From Chrysomallon squamiferum (Eukaryota > Animalia > Mollusca): a stretch of 64,000 nucleotides of DNA. The notes under the pieces were generated by a model. The model was not told the origin of the DNA and made no database searches. It worked only from the letters and a program-made list of their open reading frames with translations. The position numbers and the translations under genes are program-made. Positions 28,814 through 43,553 of this stretch are shown here, one piece after another (the first letter of the stretch is position 1; every line of letters starts with the position of its first letter). The stretch spans positions 7,068,001-7,132,000 of the forward strand of contig CM022675.1 in assembly GCA_012295275.1 (NCBI GenBank), written 5' to 3'.

Positions 28814-31774
28814 AATAACCAATAACAATAAATTGAATAATAGCAAAAATTACAAGATCAAGAATAATTCAATATAATGTTTTTTTTTAAATTACTGTTA
28901 CTATAAATAATAAGAATATGAAGAACAACAATAACAAAAATAACAATAACAACAAAATTTAATAAGTAAATATATATCTGTTACTATCACCAAAATTAAT
29001 TAAACTTTAAAAATAAAATTAATAAAACTAATGTTTATGTAACTTTAAAATCGGATTCTATTTGGTAATGTTATTTCAACCATCTATGACTGAGGGTAAA
29101 CATATCTGTCATTTAGTTGACAGTTTTTGTAGTTACAGGTAACTAGTTGACATGCAGCTGTCTGCGTTCGGTAAGTTCATGAATATGTATAGGTTGTAGT
29201 AGACACATGTACACAACACACACATACATTATAAAAAGTTGTAGCTAAGGTATATTGTTCTTGCCTAAGGCATGATGTGATACAAGATAAAGATTTTGTC
29301 AGAATGCTTATTTGGCTGTTTCCTGTACAAAATTCATTGAAAGACTGCTTTAAATATATGTTTAATGATTTGAATATTCTGAAATTTAAATGACTTGGAA
29401 TACTGAGTTAAGCATTGATTTTCTTTTCAATGGTATCGAGTTATATAAATATTCATATCACTTATGTAACATGCTTAATTTTGACACCATTCCCATCTTT
29501 CTAAGTTATGTGGTTGCAGTAACATGTTTAGTTGAATATTAATACTCATACAAAATTATGTGGGAAAATTGATTAACTTCTTCATTCAAGGGTTCAGAAA
29601 AACCTGTCTATAAGCATGCTGTAGTATTTTATTTTTTTTAAATTTGTAAATAAGCACTTATAGAGTCTTTTATATCAAAGTCTCAAAGTAAAATTGTTAT
29701 GGCTTTTTAAGTGCTAGCCTGAAAGCATATTTTACCATTAAACCCTGGTTCAGTATACTGAATCATTTGTTTTGTACAAATGTTAATGTATAAACTCTAA
29801 ATGCAATAATTGCTTATTTTAATACCTAACTAGTTCTTACTGTTGAAATAAAGTAAAAAATATATATACTACCACTACTACTGCTAAATCTTGTAATTTA
29901 ATGATAAAATACATTGGTTGTTGGATTCTTCAATTTTTTCAGTCTTAATTTTTATTTTATAGTTTTACTTGTTATGTTTTTTATGTTTTATTATTCTTAT
30001 TTATTTATTTATTATAATTTTTTTTTTGGTATTGTTTTTGTTCTTAACACTTCATATAAGCCTATTTTGCTATGTTATAAATGTTTATAAATGGCTTAGT
30101 ACTAACATACAATGTAAATATTTATCCACTACTAGCTATGGATTATGGTCTATTTTTCATGAAAATCAATCTCTCATGTGTCAAATATACAGAAAAGTTT
30201 TTTTAATTAAAAATTTATGGCATGGGATTAGGGAAAATATAACTGGTAAACAAATTAATTATTAATTTTTTTACTGAAAACACGTAGAATATAATCCTTG
30301 AAATGATAGTTCGACCCCAAAATTTTATAATAAACTGAATATGTTCAACCAAATATTGAGCATTCAGTGATGAAGAAGAGATATTACCTCTAAATTTATT
30401 TTAAAAAAACAAAAAAAACATGTACTTATTATTAAATATATAGATTTATGTTATTTATCATATATCAGCTTTGAAATTTAGTCAAACAAATAATATGGAT
30501 TTGGAAACATTGCCCGTAAATTTTTCTTATTTAAGTAAATATCACACAAAAGTCAAAGAACCATTTCAACAGTTGGTATATTTCCCATTACAGCCTGTAC
30601 TCCAAGATTATTTATATCCTTATAAAAGATGCTTTGGTACTAAATGTTATGATTAGTATCTTTGGAATGGTGGAAGGTTGTTTCTTCTGAGATACCAATA
30701 TCAATGTATAAGAAATAAACAATTTAAACCTAATAACAATTAATATTAGTATGTCTTGAGATTTAAATTATTACTTTTTTTCTATTTTAAAAATTGTTTT
30801 AAAAATTTTGATTCTAACAAATTTAATACTGCCAAAATAGAATTTGTGTAACAGTCTCTCTGAATCCTACATAACTTATTGAAAATTTGTGTGTGTGTGT
30901 GAGGATTTTAAATAATATATTATCATAATAGTTTACAAAAAAAAAAAATTAATTAGCCACACAATCTCATTATAACATATCTGATCATCTGATATTAATT
31001 GTGAGAAAAAAAAAAGAAAAAAAGAAAAACGATAATGATAAAATTATGAAAAAAAGAAGATAACTTTAATATATAGTTAAACAAGGTCAAAACAAGTACA
31101 AACCTTCCTGAACAACTGCACAAACAATGAACAATTTTTGTTTCTTTTTCTACTTATACTTACAATATTTCCAAAACTTGAGATGTCATAAAACACAAAT
31201 CTGTTTTATCCTAGCATACGAAACAACAACAAATAGAATGTATAATGTTACATGTATTAAGCACTAAACAAATCAACAAGACCAACATGTATTAGGTATC
31301 ATAACTTTAAAAACAGTCTGGTCAGATGTCAGATATCTGAACAATAACTACATCTTTTGTAATAAGGAACTGTGTCAACTGTTGTGTATTACTTTTGAAA
31401 TGTTAGTCTGACATGCTAATGTAATGGTGTGATTTTACTTTCTATTTCTTTATAAGCAGATTAGCTAAATTTCTGAAATGCAAACTTTGTTCCTCTTGAT
31501 TGTGTATGTGTATGTGAGTGTGTGTGTGTGTGTGTGTGTCTGTCTGTGTGTGTGTTTCAGCGACTGATTATCTGTCTATATATAGATTATTCTATGAACA
31601 TTTGAACTTAGAACTTCATTTCCTGTTCTAGTCATCTGAAATGCACTGAATGGATATTTTTCAACGATAGCAGTTAGTCTATGAACACTATTACTCTGTC
31701 TGTGCAAACACACATAAAAACTAACAATACACAATGCTTTTTTAAAAAAACAAAAGCTGCATATTTTGCAGTAA

Positions 31775-31807
<33 letters not shown>

Positions 31808-33439
31808 AATCATTTGAAAATTACATAATTCAAAAAAAGAAAAGAAAGAAAGAATAAAAACTATTTAACAGACAGTTATGAAAGTTCAAGTTAAGTGATG
31901 AATAAATGTAAAAGTCTTGGGCATCCAGAATAATAATAAATATTTTACATATTATACCTATTAGATAACTGTTCATTTTACTTATATTAACTAAAAAGGT
32001 ACTAAAAAAAACCCGTTACTAAAAACATTAAAAATACTTTGCTCTAGCTATAAATAACCAAATTTCTTAAGTTGTTTTTATCTTGTAAGGATACTTGTAC
32101 TTTTGTTTTCTTGTGGTGTTGGATTACTTTTAGTTTAACCCAGATCTAAATAATCAGGATGTCTTTCTATTGGATTTTGAAACATGATACATGGGTGTGT
32201 GAGTGTGTCTGTGTGTGTGAGCATGTGCTAATGTGTATCCATTTTTGGGGGTTGTATTTGTGCATTTATATATACAAGTGTGTGTGTGTGTGGTGTGTGT
32301 ATGTAAATATGTTTGTGGCTGGGCATGAACATACAAGAATAGGTGTATGTGTTTTGTTTTACAATCAGACTTTTATATTATTAACAACTATACATTTAAA
32401 ACAAAAATATTAGTAAACAGCAAAAGTTTTTGTAAATTTCCCACAATATATACCCTTATGTAACCAAACATATTTTCAGTTTTCTAAAATATCTATTATC
32501 TACAAAATGCAATAACATATATATTATTATAGATTCACTGCTATCTCAACTATGTTAAATTTACTATGAAAAGACCCAGTGAAGCAGTAAGATTTAGAAG
32601 TTTGTTGTGTTCATTCAGTAAAAAAATATATATGTATATATCTATATATATGTATATATCTATATATATATATTAAATTTATTTTGTATTGTAAGTATAT
32701 GTATGGGGCATATTTGCTGAAGAAGGTTCTTTTTTTTTATTTATTATCTGTATGTCTCGTAAGATTTTCATCAATTTAAAAAGCTGCTCAGACATTTAAC
32801 TTACATAAATAATGAAATATTAATACTTTGTGAACATCATTTTTTAAAATTTTGTTGTCAAAAAATTATTAAATTGAGTTAAAACATTCAAAAATGAACA
32901 AATAATGCTGACGTGCTTATGTAATAAACATAATTTAATACTTAACTAATAATACTTTCGTAGAGTACATTTGAGCATCATAAGGAATTTATCACGAGGT
33001 TTTAAAAAACAGCATCTCTGCTCAACAGATGTCAAGATCGTATTAAACTACTTAAACAGCTATTACGTGTTATCGCTTAATTTATAAGAACTACTTATGT
33101 ATTTATAAGGAGTATAAATTAATAATTAATGTATAATAATTTCAAGCAGAATGCTTCATCATCTATATTACAGTATGATAAATATCAATTAATATTAACT
33201 AATACTTTTATCTGCTATATTTGAACAGTCATGTTTTAAAAAATATGATATAGAATACTATACTGTACTGCTGTAATTTTTGTTTTATAAATGAAAAGAA
33301 AACCTACTTAATTTAAAATTATATAGAAAATAATTTCTGTTAATTAATAAAAAATACTGTGAATTAATACAGAACATCTAAACTAAAGATGTTATTGTCT
33401 AGTTTTATTTTATAATACTTAATATTGTATGTATATAGC

Positions 33440-33868
33440 TATGTTAAAACACTGAATATCTTATGTATAAAGGTGTTTTAAATACTTTTTTCATTTATGT
33501 ATAAAGATATTTTAAAATATTAAATCTTTTATGTGTAAAAATATTTTAAAATACTGAATCTTTTATATACAAAGACTTATTTTTAAATATTACATCATTT
33601 ATATATATAGACATTTTAAAATACATCTTTTATATACAAAGGCATATTTTAAAATACTACACTTGTATACAAAGCTTATATTAAAATACATCTTTTAAAT
33701 ACAAAGACTATATTAAAATACTACATCTTGTACTACAAAGACATTTTAAAATAAAACACTTTTATATACAAAGTCATATTTTAAAATACTGTATCTTTCA
33801 TATACAAAGACAAATTTTCAAATATTATACGCTATCTTTTATCTACAAAGGCATTTTTAAAAATACTC
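33440..33868. repeat. degenerate ~30-33-bp AT-rich minisatellite
   Basis: The unit ttttaaaatact(g/a)catcttttatatacaaagac is repeated more than 10 times. Confidence 0.8.
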
Positions 33869-33870
33869 AC

Positions 33871-33953
33871 TTAATGGTATCGTTATCTTTGTCAACAATC
33901 AAAGCTTCTTCATCCATGTCAGAGTTTAAGACATCTTTGTTTGTTTTAACCAT
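33871..33953 (-). CDS. candidate alternative first exon or uORF of GULP1 (MVKTNKDVLNSDMDEEALIVDKDNDTI)
   Basis: ATG in acaATGG context, 27 open codons with protein-like composition, ending at a consensus gtgagt donor (phase 2). Confidence 0.4.
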
Positions 33954-34484
33954 TGTTTTTACCAAATGACCCCCTTTGCCTTTCTCCAGTTCAAGGTTTC
34001 ACAATTCTTTGTACAGAATGATACCAACTTCAGTACTGTTTCCTGTGCTAGTCGAGCTGGCTTATGTCACTGCAGTTTATATTGCTAACCACTACGCAGA
34101 AATTAGAGGCAGAAAATAAATACAGTCATTGTGAGGTGGACAAAATATTTATACTTTCACCAGCATGTTAATGCAAAGATAACACAAATGCTTCCTCAAG
34201 GCAGGGGGATGTGTGACATCAAGGACCCTGGATTAATTGCTGTAATTAGTGATGATTAATTATCATTATTTACACTTCAAATGACCCAGTGTTTTCCATG
34301 TCCAAATAAAAAAATAAAAAAAACATGTGTCAGTTATGAATAATTATTTTCACCAATTGTTTATCATTTTATGTTTGTCTATCATGTTTTATTATTTGTT
34401 TTTAATACATTTTTTTACCTTTATTTGATTATATATTAATTAATTAATACATTTTATTTTATTTTTATCTTTTTTGTATTTATT

Positions 34485-34526
<42 letters not shown>

Positions 34527-34971
34527 TTTTAATTATTATTAATTTTTTTTACTTTGCTTTGCTGTACTGTACTGTACTGTACTGTACTGTACTGTACTTG
34601 TATTTTATTTTATTTTATTTTATTATGGAACAAACTATTTATTTAAGAACACAGTGTTAAATAAACAAGTAAAGGAAAACATTATTTTTTTTTTGGAGAA
34701 GATTCCCTATTGGTGACCTTAATATCTGACTCATGAGAAACTGACCTAAACACTAATTACCCTCATTTTTCTTTCTCTTTTAAACATGATTAATGTCCAA
34801 CATTAAGATAATAGTTTTCTGTTATTTTTTTTTTTGTATGAAGTAATGCTTGTCTATATGTGTATGTATATTTATGTATGTATGTATGTATGCATGTATA
34901 GATATCAAAAAATTCATTTATTTAACAGAATATCCTAACTTTTGGCTCTTGCATATTTAACAGATATTTCT

Positions 34972-35010
<39 letters not shown>

Positions 35011-38000
35011 ATTTTTCATTCTCAACATAATTATACATAACAGATTATGATTAATGTGTAGCAACAGAATATGTTGCTTTTCTTGCCTCTGAGGACAGAC
35101 CATCAGTTAGTCTGGTGAGGTCAAAGGTCGTGTCAAGTGACTTGGTGTGAAATACTTGCCATATTTATAACTATGCCCACAGTTAAGGCTATCCAGTTCC
35201 ACTCTAAATTTATAAACTGACTTATGAAATATAATGTGGAATTTTCCATTTAGGATTTTTTTTTTTTTTAGATGTTTTTAAAGTATTTTACATATCAGTG
35301 AATTCAGCTGTATTTAAAGACTTAAATCCAAAAATCACTGAGATGTAACAGATATACAGATAAATAATAAACAGACAATCTATATTTTATACATAAAAAA
35401 GACATTTTTGAATGAAGCTATAAACTGGTGGACTGACTGCTCTTTCAATATAATGAATGTGTTGGGGCAAGAAACGAAAAAAAAAAACAAAAAAAAACAC
35501 AAAACAGAAAAACAGATGAAAAAACCAATAAATGGATAATTAGATGGTCCTGAATGGATGGATAAATGGAATGACTAGATGAAAATATGACTGTCAAGAA
35601 TAACACAATTTCTGGTATCTCAAAATTTTTACCAGCTTCCTGGTATTAAATTTTGTAATACAAGTAAAATAGTTTGGGTTGATTAACTGAAATCATTCAC
35701 CTGAGACCACCTGTAGCTGTTGACAAACATGAAAAACACAGCTTGAAATGTAGAGGTCAAATCTTAGTATGAATCACTGGGTTAGATAATAAACACAAGT
35801 AATCCAATATGACCTGGAATATACTTGACCTAACGCTGACCTTATATTATTTTAAAATTAGGATACTTTGTTTTCTCAAAGTCATGACATATAAGTGTTC
35901 TTTATTTTGAGCCTAGTGATCCACCTTTGTTCTTATTGAATTGGTTTGATGGTTTTCAGATTATTTGCCCAGACTATATGATTATATTGTTTGAATTTTC
36001 AGTAGCCAGCATGTTTCAGTAATGATTTACTGACTTGATTTTGACTTTCTCACATGCTGAAAGAGATGGAAACAGAAACTGAGCCAATGATAGGCAATAA
36101 CTGAACCCTTTTCTAAAACAACACCTTTTACTTTGGATGATGAGGACAACAATTTTAACAACTGCTTTCATCCTGATATAACCAAAACTTTCCAGCATGA
36201 TAAAGATTATGCCCATGGCTAGTATAAAATGCATAATAAAAAAACAAATCTTCACAGCCACCTTTTACTTTGAATGGGGAAATGAATGATGTCTGGCCTG
36301 CTTGTACTTTCTTTTGATGGAAGCATACAGTTTACTTTGAATGATAAACTCAACTTCTGCTTTTATCATGACATAATTACAACTATCTGGTGACACAGAG
36401 ATCGTGACCATGAATACATAATAAAAATCATCTTACTATATTTTTTTTACTCTGATTGTTGAAATTAACCATATCAAGGAAAGTCAAATACTGAGTCCAT
36501 AAACTTGAAATAATACCATCTAAATTTTATATTTACTTTATACTTGTCACAGGTGACACTTTATGCTGAAGTTAAAGATTTTCTGCATCACACAGTTAAA
36601 CATTCTTCGAACAGAAACATGCTTAAAATAATATTTTTTAATTTTTGATGTTTTTTAAACTTTTCTTTATTATACATATGAAATATGAATAAAGAAATGC
36701 TGTTTAATGATATTTTAGTTTGTACTATGTAACTGGTACTGAATGAAAAAAATTAAACTTAGTAAAAGTGAATGTGCCTAAGAGAATTATGTTTGTCTGC
36801 TTTGAAATATTGGGGTCTGTTTATAACAGGGTCAAGTCAAATGACACGAAACTTGACATTAATAGGATAAAATTACACTGACAGCCTATTTTTCTTTCTT
36901 AAAGGCAAATTATAATTACAGCTTTGTTTTGTTATACTGAGTCCTGGTTACTGGGATCAAATCCTGTTATGAATGAAGTCTGCATACATAAATTATTTAC
37001 AAAAAAGAAATCCTTTGATGTCATATTCTTTTTTAAGGTAAAAAAAACAAAACAAAAAATGAAAAACATAAATACCCCCCCAACAAAATACCCCCCAAAA
37101 ACCCAAACAAAACAAAAAATAACAATGTGCAAAAAAGAAAGAAAAAACCCCAAACAAATACAGGAAAAGACAATAGGAAATCAACCCCAAAAAACAACAA
37201 TAACAACATATGCATAGATATTATTATAATACAGATATTTGTATTGACATGAAACAGACAGAAATACACCCCAGAGGGTATGTCCTGCAAGGTCAAACAC
37301 TTCCCTGACAGGACAACCTTAAAAGATCAAATCTTTACTTCATGTCAACATTCCACATGAAGTCAAATGACATGTTTGAATTTTATACAACATATTATTA
37401 TAAAAATATGTTCTGTAAATGTATAATATATGAACCGTACTTTAAATAAAGTTTAATTTTTAATTATTCTGTCAACCATTAGCCAAAGCTAAGAACTTTT
37501 GCTGTTAGTATTATTCCCGTTACTGCTTGTACTTGTGAAATCAAATGTTATTTTGAACTTTACAACACATATTACTCGATCAGAAATAAAACAAACATTA
37601 TAAATTTATATAAAAAACAAAAACTGGTCTGAAGTTACTGCCATAAAAAGTATAAGTTGTGTTCTGTATATCAAGTCATAAAAATATTTAAAAGTTATCT
37701 CAGGTTGTTATTCTACTCTACAGAAAGTCAATAGCAGAGTTATCACAAGGGTTACTGGTTCAGTACTCATCAGTACTGTTCATAATTACTGGCCAACATT
37801 CAAAAGTGGTTATATTTGAGATATCATTAAATCCTCTTTGTTTTTGGGGTGTTTTTTTTTTTAAATTTTTTTACTGAATTTATAAAAAATAAAAATTAAA
37901 ATAAAAACACTGACAAAAATCATTCATTTTAACTTTTTAAAATTTTTAAACTAATACTAACAAAAAAATGTCATTTTGGCTGGTTTAGTATGTATTTTAT

Positions 38001-39075
38001 GTGTGCATTTATAGTGAACAATAATGTTGTTCTAAAACAGTTAATTTTTTTTATTTTTGTTTATTTTTTTATTTTACTGAGTTATTGATTTGATTTGATT
38101 TGATTTAATTTTTGTTCTTAATCTTTTGTCACTTCTATATTGCAGCTTTTATATAATAATTTATCTTAACACTTTTTCTCTGCTAGTCAGTTACAATCTA
38201 CAGTTATAGGTAAAACAAAATTGCTAAAGACCAAAAACAAAACACAAAAATGTAAAATATTTACTGTTAACCTGCTAAAGGAATATTATATGCAGGAAGT
38301 TGACACAAAATGAACAACACATAAAAAGGGGTAATAATAATAAAAGAAAGAAAACAACATTATAAAGGTACACTACAGAGCAAATAAGCCTTTAAAAATA
38401 GATATATATATAATTCTTGTTACAACTTGTATCAGTGACCTAAGGTGATATATATTTCAGTTTGTGTGTGTGTGTGTGTGTTTTTAAAATGTCTATGACT
38501 CTGTGAATGTATTTATTGATATTTTTTAGTGTGACTATGGATATTTCATTTATCTGCTAGTGCATGCATTTATCTGTTTATAAACTTTTAATATAAAAAT
38601 TGTTTATTTCACATAAATATTTGGCATATGATTTAAATCCACAAATAATGCAAAAATTATTTTCATTAAAATTAGATCAACAATAATAATGCTGCATATG
38701 ACAAATATTTTATAAAAATATGATCTCAACCTTATCATCGTAAAAATACTATTATACTATAAATTATATTATTAATATTATCAGTGTCATTCCATTTTTG
38801 GAATATTATTCAGACATTCACAGACATTATATATAAAATAAATGGATAATATAGTATTTTCAATAAACAGACGTGAAACCCGCCCCCTTTAGTTATAACC
38901 ATTAAAGCTATACCGTAATATGTAAACAAAAACAAACGTAAAGTCAGAAAAGGGCAGACGACAAAATGAATACAAATGCGTTCCCGGTAATAAATCAGTT
39001 TATACATAATTAAAGAACGTCTGCGATTAATAATCATATTTCCTATCACACCCGGCATCATAACTGAAATCTCAC

Positions 39076-39250
39076 CTGTCTATTGCGGCCAACTGTCTTA
39101 TCAGAACTGATAATCGAAGCAGGTAGACTCAAACCAGAAGCAAAATGTGATAAAATAACGGCACCCCTGAAGCGTGATAACTTTCCCTTGTCGAGACGGT
39201 GTCAACACAAATATTTCCGTCGACAAAAAGTTCCGGATGATCGGAAAATG
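39076..39250 (-). other. GULP1: probable first (non-coding) exon of GULP1
   Basis: CpG-enriched segment ending in a CAG|gtgaga donor at 39075, oriented toward the GULP1 coding exons. The 5' boundary is approximate. Confidence 0.5.
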
Positions 39251-40190
39251 CTACCCATATTTTACATAACTGTAGCTGGTAATAATTATAGCATATATAC
39301 ATATTCGATACTATTGTGTATTGTATATTTGGCAATGTTTGCTTTAACACAAATGTGTATACGTATGTCCGTTCTTCGTGTTTGAATGTTTGTTCTGCTT
39401 CTGTTTCTATTGACGATATTTATTGTTAGAATTCCTTTCCCTAAATTATCTGTAGATTTATAGAAGACATTTTCTTGGAATATTAGTAAGATATTTTATT
39501 TTATTTCAATTTTTTGGTAAATTGTAAAGATACATATACAAGTCGACGTCATTATTATCATTATCACTTGACCGACCAGTTACTATAACAGTTGATGTTC
39601 ATTATTATCGTGTTATTATATATGCATATATTACTTAAACTGTATCTAAAACGTATCAATAGAAAGAACAAATATAGCTTTCCTCTTCTGGTTTCTGACC
39701 TTTATTTCACTTAAAGATTTGATTTACATCATTAACCGTTCAAATTTATACAAGCAAATCGAATGTCACTGTTATATAATACACAGTTACAGAGACTATC
39801 TTGAGTGCGAATACACTTAATATGTCTCTGGAAACCCAGAAGGGATTACAGTATAGTCCTTATTAGAATAGAGAAATAAAATAAATGAGACATAATCTAA
39901 TACACCACCTACACAGTCTTAAAGCAAAACGTGTTTCGTCTAAATGTGGAGGAATTAAGGAAAAGATAAGAACCTGCCAGCATTGACTTCCGGTATTTTG
40001 ACGTTTGCATAGTAATGAAAATGTATGTTGCTGTTTATATTACATAACTGTGTGATCGGCTTTGATGCTAAATTTGGCATAAAAGTCCGATCAAGATGAG
40101 AAGTAGAATATGAATAATATGTCCATTTTCGTTCTATGGCTATTGATAGCTACCTGAGACAATATGGCATGATTCTAAAATGGCGGATCA
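39200..40190. promoter_or_regulatory. bidirectional (head-to-head) promoter region for GULP1 and SH3BP5L
   Basis: Local CpG enrichment. ETS/GABP site ACTTCCGG at 39986-39993, CRE half-site TGACGT at 39999-40004, ETS-like CCGGATG near 39233, and YY1-like AAAATGGCGG overlapping the SH3BP5L start codon. Confidence 0.55.
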
Positions 40191-40290
40191 TGAAATTTAT
40201 GAAGATCGAATTGCTCTTGAACATGTCCGGCGACAGCTCTCAACGGATAGTGAAGATTTTCCCGATGAAGTTCTTGATCCAAGAATACAG
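40180..40290 (+). CDS. SH3BP5L: SH3BP5-like (parcas/REI-1 family Rab11 GEF) exon 1
   Basis: aaaATGG start. Encodes MADHEIYEDRIALEHVRRQLSTDSEDFPDEVLDPRIQ, ending in the family motif LDPRIQ at a CAG|gtatgt donor. Confidence 0.9.
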
Positions 40291-41109
40291 GTATGTTTTC
40301 TTCTTTTTGTTCTAGAATTGTAAGATTCATATTCAGAGAGTTGAAAACGTCGATGTCATTGGGCTAACCGGACCATTTTAAACGAACCTGTGTCTACAAC
40401 TGATAACAGTGACAAAGTGCCACAAGTGTTTTTATATATGTCTTTGATTGTATTTATCAGTTTGAAATTTTGTAGAAACATTACCCTTATTAAATCCTTA
40501 TTATTTATTATTATTTTCTGAATAATATTATTAAAGTTATATTTACTTGAATAAGTTGTATCTTGTCACAGAACTCTATGACCTTGTTCTCAGAATGAAA
40601 TTTATGGATTTACCTTCTTAGAGAAGGATGATTAAAAGAATATTTATTTATTTTAAAAATTAATTTGATTATTATTATTATTTTGCTAATATGCAGTCAT
40701 CATACAGCAACAAAAATATCAATGTCCAACATTATTTAGTATTCCACTGATCATCTCCTTTCATATGGTTTCTTAGTGGTGGTATATATAATATACACAA
40801 TATCCCCCAGTTATCTTGTTTTCAGCTGATATACTCACCGATTCATGGTTAACTAAATCGAAATAAAATTATATTAAATTTTAATTATTTTTTTCATCCA
40901 AGCCCACATAATTTCACATGTATTTAATGTACACAATGAGAATAACAATTTCAAAGTTTATTATACCAACTTTGCTAAAAGACTACTTGTAAGTCTGGAT
41001 ATAATAATGACAAAGCTTTTGATTTCAATATGGTAATTATTTTATCTTGTGTATTTTTTGGAGAAGACAGTGAAATTAATTAGTATATGTATATTTAATT
41101 TATTTGCAG

Positions 41110-41172
41110 ACTGAATTGGAGAAACTGAATAAGGCATCAGAAGAGATCAACAGATTGGAACTTGAACTAGAT
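41110..41172 (+). CDS. SH3BP5L: SH3BP5-like exon 2
   Basis: 63 nt, ttgcag/gtaagt. Encodes TELEKLNKASEEINRLELELD (cf. SH3BP5L EELEHLNQASEEINQVELQLD). Confidence 0.95.
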
Positions 41173-41668
41173 GTAAGTTTATATCATAGTGTAAAATTAA
41201 AATAAAATAAGTATTTATTTTAACTTAAGAAATAAAATTATTAGAATTATATTTTAAATGTTCCAAATTGTTAATAATTTTAGGATTTAAAAATGATTTA
41301 TTAATGACATAAAATTAAAGTATGTTAAATATTATAAAATTATGTTTCACAATAATATTTATAAACCATCTTCTGTTTGTTGCTGATAAATATATAACTG
41401 CACAATTTCTTTTCACTTTACCATCATTAAAAAACAAAACATCCTTTTCCTAGTATCAGTGTATTAAAGCAACGTTAAAATGTTATTAACTTAATAAAAA
41501 AATAATAATGATACTAACACATATTACATGTGTATAATTAGTTCAATACAATAGGACACATTACATGAGAAAAAAATATATAAAATTTATAATATATATT
41601 TTTATTTATTCTAAGCTATAAATATTTTATAAAGAAAAGTTAATTTTAATATTTAAATTATGACTTAG

Positions 41669-41797
41669 GATGCACGAAGTAGTTTTCGACAGGCTTTGTC
41701 AGAATCGACACAGAAGCTCAATGCTCTTGCCAAGAAATTGGGTTCTTGTGTGGAGAAGGCTAGACCATACTATGATGCTAGGGTCAAAGCAAAAGAG
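41669..41797 (+). CDS. SH3BP5L: SH3BP5-like exon 3
   Basis: 129 nt. Encodes DARSSFRQALSESTQKLNALAKKLGSCVEKARPYYDARVKAKE (family motif LGSCIEKARPYYEAR). Confidence 0.95.
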
Positions 41798-42215
41798 GTA
41801 GTAATATCTACATCAATGGTTTCAAGATTTAGAATTTGTGAAATAAAACTGTTAAAAGATGGTAATGATTCTTGTAGCATCACGTTTAATGCATATGCAT
41901 AAGTATACATACATATGTGTGTAAAGATATGTATTTTTTAAATTTATTTTTTTAATATAATTAAATAATAAATAGTTTTATACATCAAAAATATTTGTAA
42001 ATTTTATCTAAAAATTCAGAATTTTCTTAGAAAGTTAAGATTACAAATTTCATAAAAGCATTGGTATATCATTCAGAGATATTTGTTGATTTTAGCAATA
42101 ATTATAACACATAAATTTTCTCTTGCAGCAAGGATAATAATAAAACACATATACTGTATATACTAAATACAGTGCAAACAATTACATGTTTTTATAACTT
42201 TTTTTCTTTCATTAG

Positions 42216-42377
42216 ATTCACATGGAAAGCCAGAAGGTGGCGCTGCGATATGAACGTGCCTGTAGCATGCATGAAGCTGCCAAGGAAATGGTACAACTTG
42301 CAGAACAAGGATATATGGATCGTCAACAGATATCTGATCCCGCATGGCAAGAAATGCTTAACCATGCAACAATGAAG
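42216..42377 (+). CDS. SH3BP5L: SH3BP5-like exon 4
   Basis: 162 nt. Encodes IHMESQKVALRYERACSMHEAAKEMVQLAEQG...DPAWQEMLNHATMK (hallmark WQEMLNHAT). Confidence 0.96.
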
Positions 42378-43553
42378 GTTGGTATAAATTAAAATAAAAA
42401 ACCCCCATAATCTCTTAATCAAAATATATGGAAGGAGATGTGTGTTTTGGATTTCATAATTTTTTTGATTTAGGATTTATTAGGACATGACCTGAGAACA
42501 GGATCTGTCTAAACACATATTCCATTTATAATTCATTTACAGCTTATGCAAATAGTTTGCATGATTTTTTTTTACATTTGATTTTTTATAGTTTTCTTCA
42601 TGAAAAACAAATACAGTTGGTATATACAAAACGATCCAAAATCTGTAAGATACCACCATTTTGTTTAGGTTCCACAGGCTGCATGTCATGTTTTGGCTGA
42701 CCAAAGATGCTGAAATATATATATATATATATTTTTATCTGTTTTAATCTAGTGTATGTCTTGGCAAAGGTTTGATTTTATACAATATATATTGTGCAGA
42801 ATAAATAAATAAATGTATTTTATATTTTCTTTTCATGTAACTTTTCTGTTGCATAGAACTAATTACATGCTTAAAGTTTGTGTTATTATTATTATTATTA
42901 TTTTGTTTAATTTAATATAATTGTTTTACAAAATAATTATAAAAGTTGACTAAGATACAGCATGCAACAACAGTTTCTTGAAAAGCATTTAAACTTTTAT
43001 CAGTATTAACAAATATATTATTATTGAAAAGATTAATTAAAATATATTTAATATTAAATGAACAAAATATATATATTTATATACATGCACTTTACTAAAT
43101 ATGAAAATAAAAATGTTTCTTTTAAAATAGACACTCATATCATTAATAAAAAATAAAAAATATGAATTTAAAAAATATAGTTATATTATTAAATATAAAT
43201 TTTCTTTCACTTAAATTAATAAATATTAAATAAAAATGTTTGTTTTAAAAATATACCCAAACATCTTTTAATAATACATAAAAAAAATTCTTTTTAAATA
43301 TATGACCTAAAATTGTTAAATATAAAACACAAATCTTCATTTTAAAACTGTATTTTAATATTATTAAATGTAAACTCAAAATGTTTCTATTTAAGATATT
43401 CACTCAAATTAATAAATTTTAAAGATAAATATAGCTTTCAAAAATATACTCTGACATTAATTAAATATAATCATTTAAAAAAAATATATATATGTTTTAA
43501 CTGTTTAAAAAAATTAATTAATTTTATTAATTAATATAATAATTAAATTTCAG

